From an uncultured Peptostreptococcus sp. (GTDB lineage Bacteria; Bacillota; Clostridia; Peptostreptococcales; Peptostreptococcaceae), in the NCBI GenBank assembly GCA_963520775.1, contig CAUQSL010000007.1, forward strand, positions 3,837 through 67,836: DNA of 64,000 nucleotides. Direction: 5' to 3'. Under the pieces are notes generated by a model, which was not told the DNA's origin, searched no databases, and saw only the letters and a program-made list of their open reading frames with translations. The position numbers and the translations under genes are program-made. Below, piece by piece: positions 53,458-63,293 of this stretch (the first letter of the stretch is position 1; the number at the start of each line of letters is the position of its first letter).

Positions 53458-54270
53458 CTATCTTAACTCTTGCATAGCTAACTTATATTCCGCTTCACTA
53501 GGCACCCTACTATGCCAGTCGCATACATTTTCCATAAAGGAAACTCCCTTACCCTTTATTGTATTTGCAATCACTAAAACCGGCTTAGAATCAATTTTTT
53601 CAAAAGTATTAAGGGCACCAAATATCTGGTCAAAATCATGTCCATCTATTTCTAATACATACCAACCAAAGGCTGTAAACTTCTTAGTTATAGACCCCAA
53701 ACTCATAACCTCATCTGTAGTCCCATCAATTTGAAGGCCATTCATATCAACTATAGCCAGTAGGTTATCTAACTTGTACTGGTTGGCAAACATAGCTGCT
53801 TCCCATACCATGCCTTCTTGTAATTCTCCATCTCCAAGTAGTGCGTAAACATTATAGTCAATATCAGAAATTTTAGATGCTAGGGCCATGCCACATGCAG
53901 TTGATAGACCTTGACCTAAGGATCCCGTAGACATATCTATCCCACTTACCCTCAGCATATCTGGGCTACCCTGTAAGTCTTGATTTATTTGCCTAAATCC
54001 ATCCAGTTCTTCTTCCATTAAAAAACCCTTGGCTGCTAGAGTTGCATATATAGCCGGAGAAGAATGCCCTTTACACATTACAAACCTATCCCTATCCTCT
54101 TTTTGCGGTTGATGTGGATCTACATTCATCTTACCAAAATAAAGGGCTGTCAATATATCTACACAGGATAATGCACCTCCCAAGTGACCAGACTGAGCCT
54201 TGTATATCATCCTAACTATATTTCTTCTTATGGTCTTTGATTTTTCATATAAGTCCTTATAATCTATCAT
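53458..54270 (-). CDS. Transketolase, N-terminal subunit
   Basis: SGHLGG, RDRFVMCKGH, TGSLGQG, GDGELQEG. Confidence 0.92.
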   Translation of the reverse strand: MIDYKDLYEKSKTIRRNIVRMIYKAQSGHLGGALSCVDILTALYFGKMNVDPHQPQKEDRDRFVMCKGHSSPAIYATLAAKGFLMEEELDGFRQINQDLQGSPDMLRVSGIDMSTGSLGQGLSTACGMALASKISDIDYNVYALLGDGELQEGMVWEAAMFANQYKLDNLLAIVDMNGLQIDGTTDEVMSLGSITKKFTAFGWYVLEIDGHDFDQIFGALNTFEKIDSKPVLVIANTIKGKGVSFMENVCDWHSRVPSEAEYKLAMQELR

Positions 54271-54536
54271 AAATTCTTCCTTTCTATATGGGCCAGTATT
54301 CTCATAATCTTAAATTTATATAAAATTAGTCACACTGGTACATTTTTATTATACTATATATACTTTACTAGGTGTACTTATATGATATACTTGAGATATT
54401 ATTGTAATTTTTATAATAGAAATTAGTTGACATAGTCCTATCCATAGGTTGTAATATATAATATGATTAAACATAAAGAACAATTTAAGAAACTTGTAAT
54501 TAACAAAGTGAATGTAAAGTATTAAGGGGGACCTAT

Positions 54537-54923
54537 ATGATTTATGGAATTGGTAGTGATATTATTGAAATAGACCGTATACGTCAGGCTATTGACAGAA
54601 ATCCACATATTATAGACAAGCTTTTCTCTGATAGAGAAAAAGTCATGCTTGACACAAAGGGTTTTAGACCAGAATCCGTTGCCGGAAACTTTTGTGCCAA
54701 GGAAGCTATAGTCAAGTCACTTGGTCTAGGTTTGAGGGGATTTAAAATAAAAGATATAGAAGTTCTAAGGGATGAACTGAACAAACCCTACCTAGTTGCA
54801 AGTGGTGACTTTAAAGATATATGTGAAAAATTAGGAATCAGTCAAGTAATGGTAACTATATCCCACTCCAAAAACTATGCAACAGCTAGTGCAATTGCCC
54901 TTATTTCACCTACAAAAAAATAG
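54537..54923 (+). CDS. acpS: Holo-ACP synthase
   Basis: GIGSDIIEIDR, FCAKEA, ISHS. Confidence 0.95.
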   Translation: MIYGIGSDIIEIDRIRQAIDRNPHIIDKLFSDREKVMLDTKGFRPESVAGNFCAKEAIVKSLGLGLRGFKIKDIEVLRDELNKPYLVASGDFKDICEKLGISQVMVTISHSKNYATASAIALISPTKK

Positions 54924-54956
54924 CCTTGGAAGAGAACTTCTATCTCACCAAGGCTA
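54920..54956. terminator. Hairpin between convergent acpS and vncS; diverged copy of the dispersed repeat
   Basis: TAGCCTTGG..GAGA/TCTC..CCAAGGCTA. Confidence 0.7.
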
Positions 54957-55035
54957 GATATTCTATTAACTAGTTGTAATTAATTTAGGGACTCCTTTAT
55001 ATTATAATCGACTTCTTTATATTATAATCAACTCC

Positions 55036-56367
55036 CTATATTACTTTACTATTATTTAGGCTTATTTTAAATATAAAATTCGACCCATCTTGCTGTACTT
55101 CATGGTTTATATTATAATTATTTAAAAGATTACCAACTATATAAAGACCTAAACCATTGCTGTTTTTCTTATTCAAGTCAAATTTTACATCAAATACCTT
55201 ATCCTTATCTAGATATTTGCTACTAGTAGGCAGATTTTCAATATATAGCCAATCACCTTCTATTCCTATATTAATAAATCCACCCTTATCAGTATACTTG
55301 ACAGCATTACTTATCAAATTGGATAATATTATCTTTAGGGCAGTTTGACCAATATAGATAGTTTCTTTTGAAAGATAGTTATTGATCCTTATGTTTTTTT
55401 GGTTGGCTAATACCTCATACTTACCGATTACAAGGTCTAATATTGTCTTAATTGCTATTAATTTTTCATCATCCTTTAAGTTATCTAAAGAAGATACTGA
55501 TAATATTTGAGTAACATTTTGAGTTAATCCGTCAACTATGTCAATACAATCACTAATATAAAGGTCTCTATCCTTATATTTACCAATATTATACTTCATA
55601 TTTTCTAATATTATTTTTAAGCTTGCTAAAGGGGTCTTTAATTCATGAGATGCTCCCTTTAAGAAATCATATTTGATTTTTTCTAGCTTTAAAATTTCCT
55701 TATTCTTAAACTCTAAATCATCAATAGCTCTTAAAAGGGTAAAATATAAATCATTAATTTGCTCTTTTAAGTGACCTATTTCATCATTTGAATCAACTAT
55801 TAGGCGGGCATCCTTATCAAGTTTCATCATTTTATCTGTTACAGTATTTATATCCTCAATATTATTTTTAATTGATTTTGCATACACAAGAGATACTATG
55901 ACAGAAAATACAAGTGATGCTAAAAGCGAATATGGCAAAAATTTAAAACAGATATTTTTTGCATCTTCATGCATATCAGCTGTAGATACAAATTGTAGTT
56001 CTAACTTTTCTCCGTTATTTAGTCTTACTTGCCTTTCTTCAATTATAAGAGAATTGGTCTTGCTAGACTTATTTATATCTATCTTATTTTTTATCTCTAC
56101 TTCATTTTTCTTATTTTTTACCTTAACAAAGGCCTTTATAGAACTGTTTTTTGAATAAAAATCCAAAAACTGTTCTATATAACCTATACTTTTTCCATCA
56201 ATATTAGAAGAAATTTTATTTGCTTCAGAATATATTTCTTCCTTCCTAGTTTCAAGATATGTCTTAGGAAAAATATAAAATACTAAGGAATTAGTTAATA
56301 TAATTATAATTCCAAGAATAGAGAATATCTGTATGAACATTTTAGGGAATATCTTTAAATTCTTCAT
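55036..56367 (-). CDS. vncS: Sensor histidine kinase, VncS-like
   Basis: GASHELKTPLASLKI, NLISNAVKY, GLGLYIV; vex context. Confidence 0.85.
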   Translation of the reverse strand: MKNLKIFPKMFIQIFSILGIIIILTNSLVFYIFPKTYLETRKEEIYSEANKISSNIDGKSIGYIEQFLDFYSKNSSIKAFVKVKNKKNEVEIKNKIDINKSSKTNSLIIEERQVRLNNGEKLELQFVSTADMHEDAKNICFKFLPYSLLASLVFSVIVSLVYAKSIKNNIEDINTVTDKMMKLDKDARLIVDSNDEIGHLKEQINDLYFTLLRAIDDLEFKNKEILKLEKIKYDFLKGASHELKTPLASLKIILENMKYNIGKYKDRDLYISDCIDIVDGLTQNVTQILSVSSLDNLKDDEKLIAIKTILDLVIGKYEVLANQKNIRINNYLSKETIYIGQTALKIILSNLISNAVKYTDKGGFINIGIEGDWLYIENLPTSSKYLDKDKVFDVKFDLNKKNSNGLGLYIVGNLLNNYNINHEVQQDGSNFIFKISLNNSKVI

Positions 56368-57017
56368 TTTCTCTCCAACTTATAACCAACATTTCTAATA
56401 GTTACTATACAATCCAAGCCTAATTTTTTTCTCAATTCCTTGATATAAACATCTATTACACGGTCAAATGGAATTTCTTCCGTTTCTTTCCACACATTAT
56501 CTATAATCTGCATCCTAGTTAATGCTTGCCCTTCATTATCTATCAGGTATTTTAGTATCTCCAACTCTTTAGCATTTATGTCAACATCTTGATCGCCTAG
56601 TTTGGCCGTATAACTGGTAAAATTAACTTCTAAATCCTTATACTGGAACTTTTCTATATTGGAAAAATTCTTTTTTATTAGAGAATCCACCCTAGCCTTT
56701 AATACCGGTAGAGAGAAGGGTTTTTCCATATATCCATCTGCCAGATTGGTAAAGGCATCTATCTTATATTCTTCATCACTAAATGCCGTTAGAATTAGTA
56801 TTGGCAAATTACTAGTTTTTCTTATCTCCTTTAAAACATCTAAGCCGTTTACAAAGGGTATTTGTATGTCTAAGATAACTAGGTTAATATCGCTATTAAA
56901 TTTTTCTAAGGCCTGTCTTCCATCTTTTGCCTCAACAATGGTATATCCAAATTCTGATAGATATTCACTTATACCTTCTCTAATTGTTTTGTCATCTTCA
57001 ACAACTAGTATTTTCAT
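56364..57017 (-). CDS. vncR: OmpR-family response regulator, VncR-like
   Basis: Receiver domain plus PFDRVIDVYIKELRKKL. Confidence 0.87.
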   Translation of the reverse strand: MKILVVEDDKTIREGISEYLSEFGYTIVEAKDGRQALEKFNSDINLVILDIQIPFVNGLDVLKEIRKTSNLPILILTAFSDEEYKIDAFTNLADGYMEKPFSLPVLKARVDSLIKKNFSNIEKFQYKDLEVNFTSYTAKLGDQDVDINAKELEILKYLIDNEGQALTRMQIIDNVWKETEEIPFDRVIDVYIKELRKKLGLDCIVTIRNVGYKLERK

Positions 57018-57058
57018 AACTAACCTCCATTTAGTTTTATTCTTCTTTAGTTTTATCC

Positions 57059-58438
57059 CTATTTAGTATCAACTAAGAGGTCTTTTGGATTTTTCTTTAG
57101 GGTAGCTGATGTTGATATTAATAATGATACAATAAGTACTATTACCATAAATATAACTACATAAAACATAGCTTTAGGTAAAACAGTTACGTCTAGACTC
57201 GTTAGGGTCTTATTGAAACCATCAACCTCAGCTCCACCACCTAGTTGGCTGGCTGATGCTTGACTTGCAAACTTTTTAGTTATATCACCTGTAACCTTAT
57301 TTAATATACTATTTCCTAGCATTTTACCCATATAGCCTGCCAAGAAATATGAACCTATAAAGGCCGGTATTGATATAAATATTAGTTCCACCAAAAACTG
57401 TCCAAATATCTTTGCCTTTGTAAAACCTAGGGATAATAATATGGCAATTTCTTTTTTCCTAGCATTCATCCACAAGAATAGCAGTAAAGAAACTACTAGT
57501 CCAGCAAATATTAAGGAGCCTACAAATAGTTTATTGGCTATTGAATATATAGCTGCTATGGACTCTTGAAGGGCTGGGTAGTTTGATGAACTCTTTACTA
57601 AATAATATTCTTGCCAATTTATATCCAGCTTGCTTAGAGAATTTATTACCTTATCTAACTTCTTATTTCCCTTTACAAAAAACGTAGCATCCTGATATAC
57701 TGCTGTATCTTCAGTATTTCCATATACTCTAGCAGCGCTAGCTATATCTGTGATTAGGGTATTTTCATATAGTTCTTGGGCAGCACTTACACCACCCTCG
57801 TTGTGGCCATCAAATAGCCCCTTAATTTCTACTTCTACAGTTTCATTTGCTCCCTTTTCATTATCTGCATCAAATAAGTTAGACCTTATCTTTAGCTTAT
57901 CACCAACTTTTAGCTTATTTTTTTTAGCTAGATCCTTATGGATTAAGACCTTATTTTTATCCTTGTCATTTAAGTGGTTTCCTTCAACCAATTTATATGC
58001 ACCAGAAACAAACTTAGTTTCCTTTGATGAATCATTAACACCTGTCAACATTACAGTTCGCTTAAAGTTTTTAGCCCTTTCTTCTGATTGATTGGCAAGG
58101 GTTTCTTGATTTTCTATAATATCATGATCAACTAAATCGGCTACACTATTTATCCTTTTTACATAGGAATCTATATCCTTATTTTCTAATATTTTTTTTA
58201 TATCCTGACCTTTTACATTTCCACCACCCCTAGGAGTACCTTGGTTGACCTGCCTGTTTATTTCCATAGAAAAACTATTGGTTATATTACCAAAGGTTTC
58301 TTCAGAGGCCTTATCTGTAGCATCCTTGATAGACAAACTAATAAGGCTTAGTGTTGACATTGATAGGATAACCAGGAAGATTATCAATGATTTTAGACTT
58401 TTTCTTCTTACATATGCAAAAGCATTCTTTATCATCAT
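57059..58438 (-). CDS. vex3: ABC transporter permease, Vex3-like
   Basis: NAFAYV.RK, NITNSFSMEINRQVNQGTPRG, as in pneumococcal Vex3. Confidence 0.85.
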   Translation of the reverse strand: MMIKNAFAYVRRKSLKSLIIFLVILSMSTLSLISLSIKDATDKASEETFGNITNSFSMEINRQVNQGTPRGGGNVKGQDIKKILENKDIDSYVKRINSVADLVDHDIIENQETLANQSEERAKNFKRTVMLTGVNDSSKETKFVSGAYKLVEGNHLNDKDKNKVLIHKDLAKKNKLKVGDKLKIRSNLFDADNEKGANETVEVEIKGLFDGHNEGGVSAAQELYENTLITDIASAARVYGNTEDTAVYQDATFFVKGNKKLDKVINSLSKLDINWQEYYLVKSSSNYPALQESIAAIYSIANKLFVGSLIFAGLVVSLLLFLWMNARKKEIAILLSLGFTKAKIFGQFLVELIFISIPAFIGSYFLAGYMGKMLGNSILNKVTGDITKKFASQASASQLGGGAEVDGFNKTLTSLDVTVLPKAMFYVVIFMVIVLIVSLLISTSATLKKNPKDLLVDTK

Positions 58439-58447
58439 TACACCCCC

Positions 58448-59092
58448 CTAAATAACTTTTTCTACTTGTTTAAGCTTTCTATCGCCTAACTCTAATATTA
58501 TATCTGCTGCATTCGCTACTTCCTTACTGTGAGTTACAACAATTACACACTTATTTCTTTCCTTAGCTAGTTTTTTCAATATAGATATTATCTCCTCAGC
58601 TATAGAACTATCGAGGTTTCCAGTTGGCTCATCAGCTAATATTATAGGTGCATCTGATACTAGGGCTCTCGCTATAGCAACCCTCTGTTGTTGTCCTCCT
58701 GACAATTTCATTACATTTCTTTTTATTTGACTCTTATCAAGACCCAGATCAAACAAAATTGTTTCTGAAGCCTTCTTGTTTACTAGTCTAATATTTTCAA
58801 GTGGTGTTAGGTAGTCAATCAAATTATAGTTTTGAAATACAAGGGCAATATTATTTTTCCTATGATTAGAATAACCCCTTATACTTATATCTTCATTTTT
58901 GAATAAAATTCTACCACTATTTGGTTTGTCTAGACCCGCTAATAGGGATAACAAGGTTGACTTACCTGCACCTGATTTACCTATTATTGCATAAAATTGA
59001 CCAAGTGCGAACTTCTGACTTACTGAAAGCAGCACATTTTCATCAGAACTCGAATAAGTATATGTAACATTCTTCATCTCTAAGACGTCCAT
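58448..59092 (-). CDS. vex2: ABC transporter ATP-binding protein, Vex2-like
   Basis: GKSGAGKS, LSGGQQQR, ADEPTGNLD. Confidence 0.88.
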   Translation of the reverse strand: MDVLEMKNVTYTYSSSDENVLLSVSQKFALGQFYAIIGKSGAGKSTLLSLLAGLDKPNSGRILFKNEDISIRGYSNHRKNNIALVFQNYNLIDYLTPLENIRLVNKKASETILFDLGLDKSQIKRNVMKLSGGQQQRVAIARALVSDAPIILADEPTGNLDSSIAEEIISILKKLAKERNKCVIVVTHSKEVANAADIILELGDRKLKQVEKVI

Positions 59093-59187
59093 TCTTTCCT
59101 CCTCACTTATATTAGATTTTTACATCTTTTATATCTTTTATATCCTTTTAACAACGTATATTCCATTTTTAATGATATTTTATACTC

Positions 59188-59378
59188 CTTTTTGATACCT
59201 TGTATCTTTTCTTCTAGCTTGTAGTCGCTTTTGATAGCTTGTATTTTTTCCTCTAACTTGTAGTCGCTTTTGATGCCTTGCATCTTTTTCTTCTAGCTTG
59301 TAGTCGCTTTTGATACCTTGCGTCTTTTTCTTCTAAATTGTAGTCGCTTTTGATACCTTACATTTTTTTCTTCTACCT
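59188..59378. repeat. Tandem repeat, about 40-41-bp unit, 4-5 copies, between vex1 and vex2
   Basis: TTTTGATACCTTG..TTTTTCTTCTAGCTTGTAGTCGC units. Confidence 0.88.
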
Positions 59379-59414
59379 TATGCCTTGTATCCCTTTTTGA
59401 TATTCTATATTATC

Positions 59415-60692
59415 CTAACTTATCTTAGATAAGATTTCCTTTGGTTTCCTAATTAAAATCATTATACTTGCAATAAGGACAGAAACTACAATTATTAGGA
59501 CCAAGATACCATATGTTTGTAAAAAATTCAATATAGCTTCTAATTTGCCTAGCCTACTTATTAGACTATCAGCAAGGTTGCTTGAAACATCTGGCTGGAT
59601 AAGTCCATCCATCAATCTCTCTATTAATACATTTCCAAGTATAAAGGAAACTATGCTTGCAGGTATGGATATTAATATCAGTTCAAGTATAAATTGACCT
59701 ACAATAATTACCTTACCTACACCTATTGATAGGAGTATACCTATCTCATATAACCTTTCCCTTAGCCATAAGACTAGTATCAAGGAGAGAACTATAACAG
59801 CTCCTACCATAATCGAATAGGTCATAATTTTTATGATATGCCTTACACCACTCAAAGACTCCAAAGTCTCGTCAAAGGCCTTTGTGTCTTTTTCAAGTTT
59901 ATAATTTGACCAGTCAATATCTAATTTTTTTAGTTTATTGACGACTTTCTTTGTCATACTTGGCTTATCAAGGAATATCCCTAGTTTATTGACAAGTCCA
60001 TTACTTGACGACTTATTAATTGCCTTTTGACTAGAACTATAGTCAACAAAAACCATATTTTCACTAAAATCAGAAGATAAACCTGTATACTTCTCCTGCT
60101 TCTTACCCGAAAAAATTCCCACAATCTTGAAATTATAGGCCAAGTCTGAATCAGGTTTACCTGTTTGAAGCAATTTTAGACCTATAATATCGTTTAATTT
60201 AAGTTTATTCTTTTTAGCAAAATCTCGATGTACAAGTATTTTGCCTCTATCATCTTTTTCTATATGCCTACCCTCTTTAATAGTAAAACTACCACTAGTG
60301 AATAAGATATTCCTACTAGTTGAACTATTCGCCTCCATTGCTAAAACATTTTTAAATTCTTCAGGAAGACTATCCCTTTGAACAGCTTGTTTCCCTTCAA
60401 CTACGCCTACATTAGTGGGTTTTGCCAAAGAGTCATATTGGCTGACAAGTTCTTTAACTTCATCGATTTTATTTAAAGATTTAAATTGTCCCAAGTCAAA
60501 ATATCCATTATCCTTTCTATATATTGACAAGGATGAATTTGAAGACCTATATAGGAAATCTTCTAGGCTACTACTTGATTTCATCACACTTAAACACGAG
60601 TACAAACAAGAAAGAACTAGTGTTAAAATAATGAATACTATAAGTGTCCTGTTTTTCTTCCTCATCACATAGGCCATAGCATTTTTTATCAT
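59415..60692 (-). CDS. vex1: ABC transporter permease, Vex1-like
   Basis: NAMAYVMRKKNRT, TGLSSDFSEN, LWLRERLYEIGI, KPKEILSKIS. Confidence 0.85.
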   Translation of the reverse strand: MIKNAMAYVMRKKNRTLIVFIILTLVLSCLYSCLSVMKSSSSLEDFLYRSSNSSLSIYRKDNGYFDLGQFKSLNKIDEVKELVSQYDSLAKPTNVGVVEGKQAVQRDSLPEEFKNVLAMEANSSTSRNILFTSGSFTIKEGRHIEKDDRGKILVHRDFAKKNKLKLNDIIGLKLLQTGKPDSDLAYNFKIVGIFSGKKQEKYTGLSSDFSENMVFVDYSSSQKAINKSSSNGLVNKLGIFLDKPSMTKKVVNKLKKLDIDWSNYKLEKDTKAFDETLESLSGVRHIIKIMTYSIMVGAVIVLSLILVLWLRERLYEIGILLSIGVGKVIIVGQFILELILISIPASIVSFILGNVLIERLMDGLIQPDVSSNLADSLISRLGKLEAILNFLQTYGILVLIIVVSVLIASIMILIRKPKEILSKIS

Positions 60693-60778
60693 TTTACCAC
60701 TAGCTCCTTTTTAATTTTTTATGCCACGACTAATCTGATTATAATATCATACTAATCTATTTTTACATCACAAGTATT

Positions 60779-61675
60779 TTAATTTTTTATGCCGCAAGTA
60801 ATCGCATCTACCGGACAAGCATTCTTACACCTAGCACACCTAATGCACTCTAGGTGGTTACAATTTTCAACCGGATCTACATTCATCTGACATACTCTTT
60901 TACATCTTCCACACTTGATACATTTATCCTTATCCAACCTATACCTAAATACTGAAATAGGGTTAAATAATGAATATACGGCCCCAAGAGGACATATATA
61001 CTTGCAAAAAGGCCTATATATTACTATTGAAAGCAATAAGGTAAGTACCAAAATTAACCCCTTCCAATAATATAGAAAACCTATTGCACCCCTCATAGTC
61101 TTATTTAACAAAACAAGTGGTATTCCACCCTCTAACATCCCAACAGGGCATATAAGTTTGCAAAAATATGGTGATCCCTGTCCTAGGATATCAACTAAAA
61201 ACATAGGTAATATTATTACAAAAACCAATAATATAAGGTATTTTAGTTTCCTTAAGTGCTTATCAAATTTAAAAGTTTCCACCTTTTTTACAAAGGGAAT
61301 CTTGTGTAATAGGTCTTGGACTAGACCAAATGGACATAGCCAACCACATACAAACCTCCCAATAAGGGCACCCAAAAAGAATAGAGTTCCAACTACATAA
61401 TAGCTAAATCTGAAATCAGAGTTGCCGATTACAGCTTGTAATGCCCCTATTGGACATGAACCCTTTGCCCCTGGGCATGAATAACAATTCATCCCCGGAA
61501 GACAAACTTTTTTTAGGTTTCCTCCATAGATTTTGCCAGTTTTAAATCCTTCAAAGTAAGAATTCGTAACTAGAAACCAAAATGATTGAAAAAGGTGTCT
61601 AAAACGGTCCATTATTTTATACCTGTTTTTTTTCGTACCAATATTTATCAAATTCTTTACTCTATCCAATTCCAA
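60779..61675 (-). CDS. 4Fe-4S binding membrane protein (NapH/MauN-like)
   Basis: CYSCP, CGWLCPFG, FCKLICP, FCKYICP; two C-terminal ferredoxin motifs; start uncertain. Confidence 0.88.
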   Translation of the reverse strand: MELDRVKNLINIGTKKNRYKIMDRFRHLFQSFWFLVTNSYFEGFKTGKIYGGNLKKVCLPGMNCYSCPGAKGSCPIGALQAVIGNSDFRFSYYVVGTLFFLGALIGRFVCGWLCPFGLVQDLLHKIPFVKKVETFKFDKHLRKLKYLILLVFVIILPMFLVDILGQGSPYFCKLICPVGMLEGGIPLVLLNKTMRGAIGFLYYWKGLILVLTLLLSIVIYRPFCKYICPLGAVYSLFNPISVFRYRLDKDKCIKCGRCKRVCQMNVDPVENCNHLECIRCARCKNACPVDAITCGIKN

Positions 61676-61814
61676 TACACTCCATACAAATTCTTATAGC
61701 CTTATCAAGTACTACTTGTGCTTCTCCAATATTGTATCCATGATAGATCATAAGCATACTGACAAGCACAAGCACTATTGAGAAGGTACGGCTTTTAAAA
61801 AAATTCTTTTTCAT
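61662..61814 (-). CDS. Small CXXC membrane protein, CD1871A-like (50 aa); not in the ORF track
   Basis: Manual translation MKKNFFKSRTFSIVLVLVSMLMIYHGYNIGEAQVVLDKAIRICMECIGIG*. Confidence 0.85.
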   Translation of the reverse strand: MKKNFFKSRTFSIVLVLVSMLMIYHGYNIGEAQVVLDKAIRICMECIGIG

Positions 61815-61841
61815 ATATTTTCACCGTTTCACATATATTAT

Positions 61842-62972
61842 TTATTTCTTTATGTTTGCTAATTCTTTTTCTATTATCTTCTTCCAACCCTCTGCATTTC
61901 TAGCTCCAGAATAAGTATCTCCTACTATATTTCCGTTTTTATCTACAAAGAAAGTTTCTGGTAGGGCCTGTATACCAATTAATCTACCATTGAAAAGTGT
62001 ATGATCAGGTGTTAGGAAAGGATATGATGCCTTTGTTTTTTCCTGAATTAACTTGGCCTTTTTTATAACTTCCTTGTTGATACCCTGTTCATCAAGTGTA
62101 TCTGTTACTATACCAACTATATTTACACCCTTGCCCTTCATTTCATTTTGAACCTTGGCAAGGTCTGGTATTTCTCTAACACAAGCTGTACACCATGTTG
62201 CAAATACATTAACCATTGTTAAGTCGTACTTAGCAAAGTCTTTTCCTGTGAAGTCTTTTCCATCTATATCCTTTGTTGCTAGGTTAGCTAGACCCTTATC
62301 TGAATTCTTATCGAAGGCCTGTGTTGCCTCTAAATCACTCTTTTCTGATAGGACAAATCCATTTTCTGGACGATCTTTCTTTTCTATAATTTCAATCTTA
62401 GTTTTGGCAAATTCTTCTAAGAAAGTTCCCTTAGTTGAACTCTTTGTACTCATATAATAGTTATATTTGCCATCCTTAGATGTACCTAGTTTTTTGTGTG
62501 TATCACACTTAGTTATTTTAGATATTTCATCTTCTGACATAGACTTGTCGAACATACCAATTGTTCCTACTCTTTCAAGACTAGACTTCCACTTTTCATA
62601 TCCATCACCCATCTTATCAACAGTAGCATTTTTCTGTTCATCAGTCATCTTGTTAAATGTTAATGTAGCATACTTTAGGTCCTTATCTACTGGACTTTGG
62701 TCGTCTAACATCGCTATCATCTTACTTGTTAGATCTTTTTTAAGATTTTCTGATAAAATGAACTTTAATCCCATATATTCGTATGTATACTCATCCTTTG
62801 CTGGTAGGGTATATTCAGATGGTTTGAACTTTCCATTTTGTGCTGCCTCATTAGAACTTACAACTTGTGTACCATTATCACCAGCCTTCTCTGTCTTTTG
62901 ACAACCGGCAACTCCTAAAGCTACACATAGGGTAAGTGCTAGACCTGCTCCTTTTATTACATTTCTTTTCAT
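61842..62972 (-). CDS. TlpA-family thiol-disulfide oxidoreductase lipoprotein
   Basis: Lipobox VAGC; C-terminal thioredoxin fold ATWCTAC, ALPETFFVD. Confidence 0.88.
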   Translation of the reverse strand: MKRNVIKGAGLALTLCVALGVAGCQKTEKAGDNGTQVVSSNEAAQNGKFKPSEYTLPAKDEYTYEYMGLKFILSENLKKDLTSKMIAMLDDQSPVDKDLKYATLTFNKMTDEQKNATVDKMGDGYEKWKSSLERVGTIGMFDKSMSEDEISKITKCDTHKKLGTSKDGKYNYYMSTKSSTKGTFLEEFAKTKIEIIEKKDRPENGFVLSEKSDLEATQAFDKNSDKGLANLATKDIDGKDFTGKDFAKYDLTMVNVFATWCTACVREIPDLAKVQNEMKGKGVNIVGIVTDTLDEQGINKEVIKKAKLIQEKTKASYPFLTPDHTLFNGRLIGIQALPETFFVDKNGNIVGDTYSGARNAEGWKKIIEKELANIKK

Positions 62973-63061
62973 AATTCGTCCTCCTTAAAATATTTTTGAT
63001 TTAGTCAATAAAATTGATTATCTTACTTTTATATTTCAAATATAAGCCTTTACATGTATAT

Positions 63062-63092
63062 ATTATACTACTTTTATGAAACATGTATGAAA
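63062..63092 (-). promoter_or_regulatory. Promoter with an OmpR-type direct repeat upstream of the -10
   Basis: Minus strand reads TTTCATA-catg-TTTCATA-N7-TATAAT. Confidence 0.55.
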
Positions 63093-63214
63093 TTGGATTT
63101 TTTTATAAAAAATTTGTGATAACTTGGAAAATGTTGGTACATTTCTCCTTAAATTTTTTTGAACGATTAAAATTATACACTAGATTTGATGTGTGTTCTA
63201 TTTTTTGAAAATAT

Positions 63215-63263
63215 ATAGCGTTGGGAGAGATTTTTTCTCACCAACGCTATATATTATACAACC
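63215..63263 (-). terminator. Hairpin terminator after cls; dispersed repeat copy 2
   Basis: Near-identical to 5911-5960, including the flank ATATTATACAACC. Confidence 0.75.
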
Positions 63264-63293
63264 ATTTATAACCAAATCATATCTTTCACAAAC

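Noticed and set aside
17393..59378. Tandem arrays as possible CRISPR arrays
   Set aside because: Units are head-to-tail with no unique spacers, each array is unrelated to the others, and there are no cas genes.
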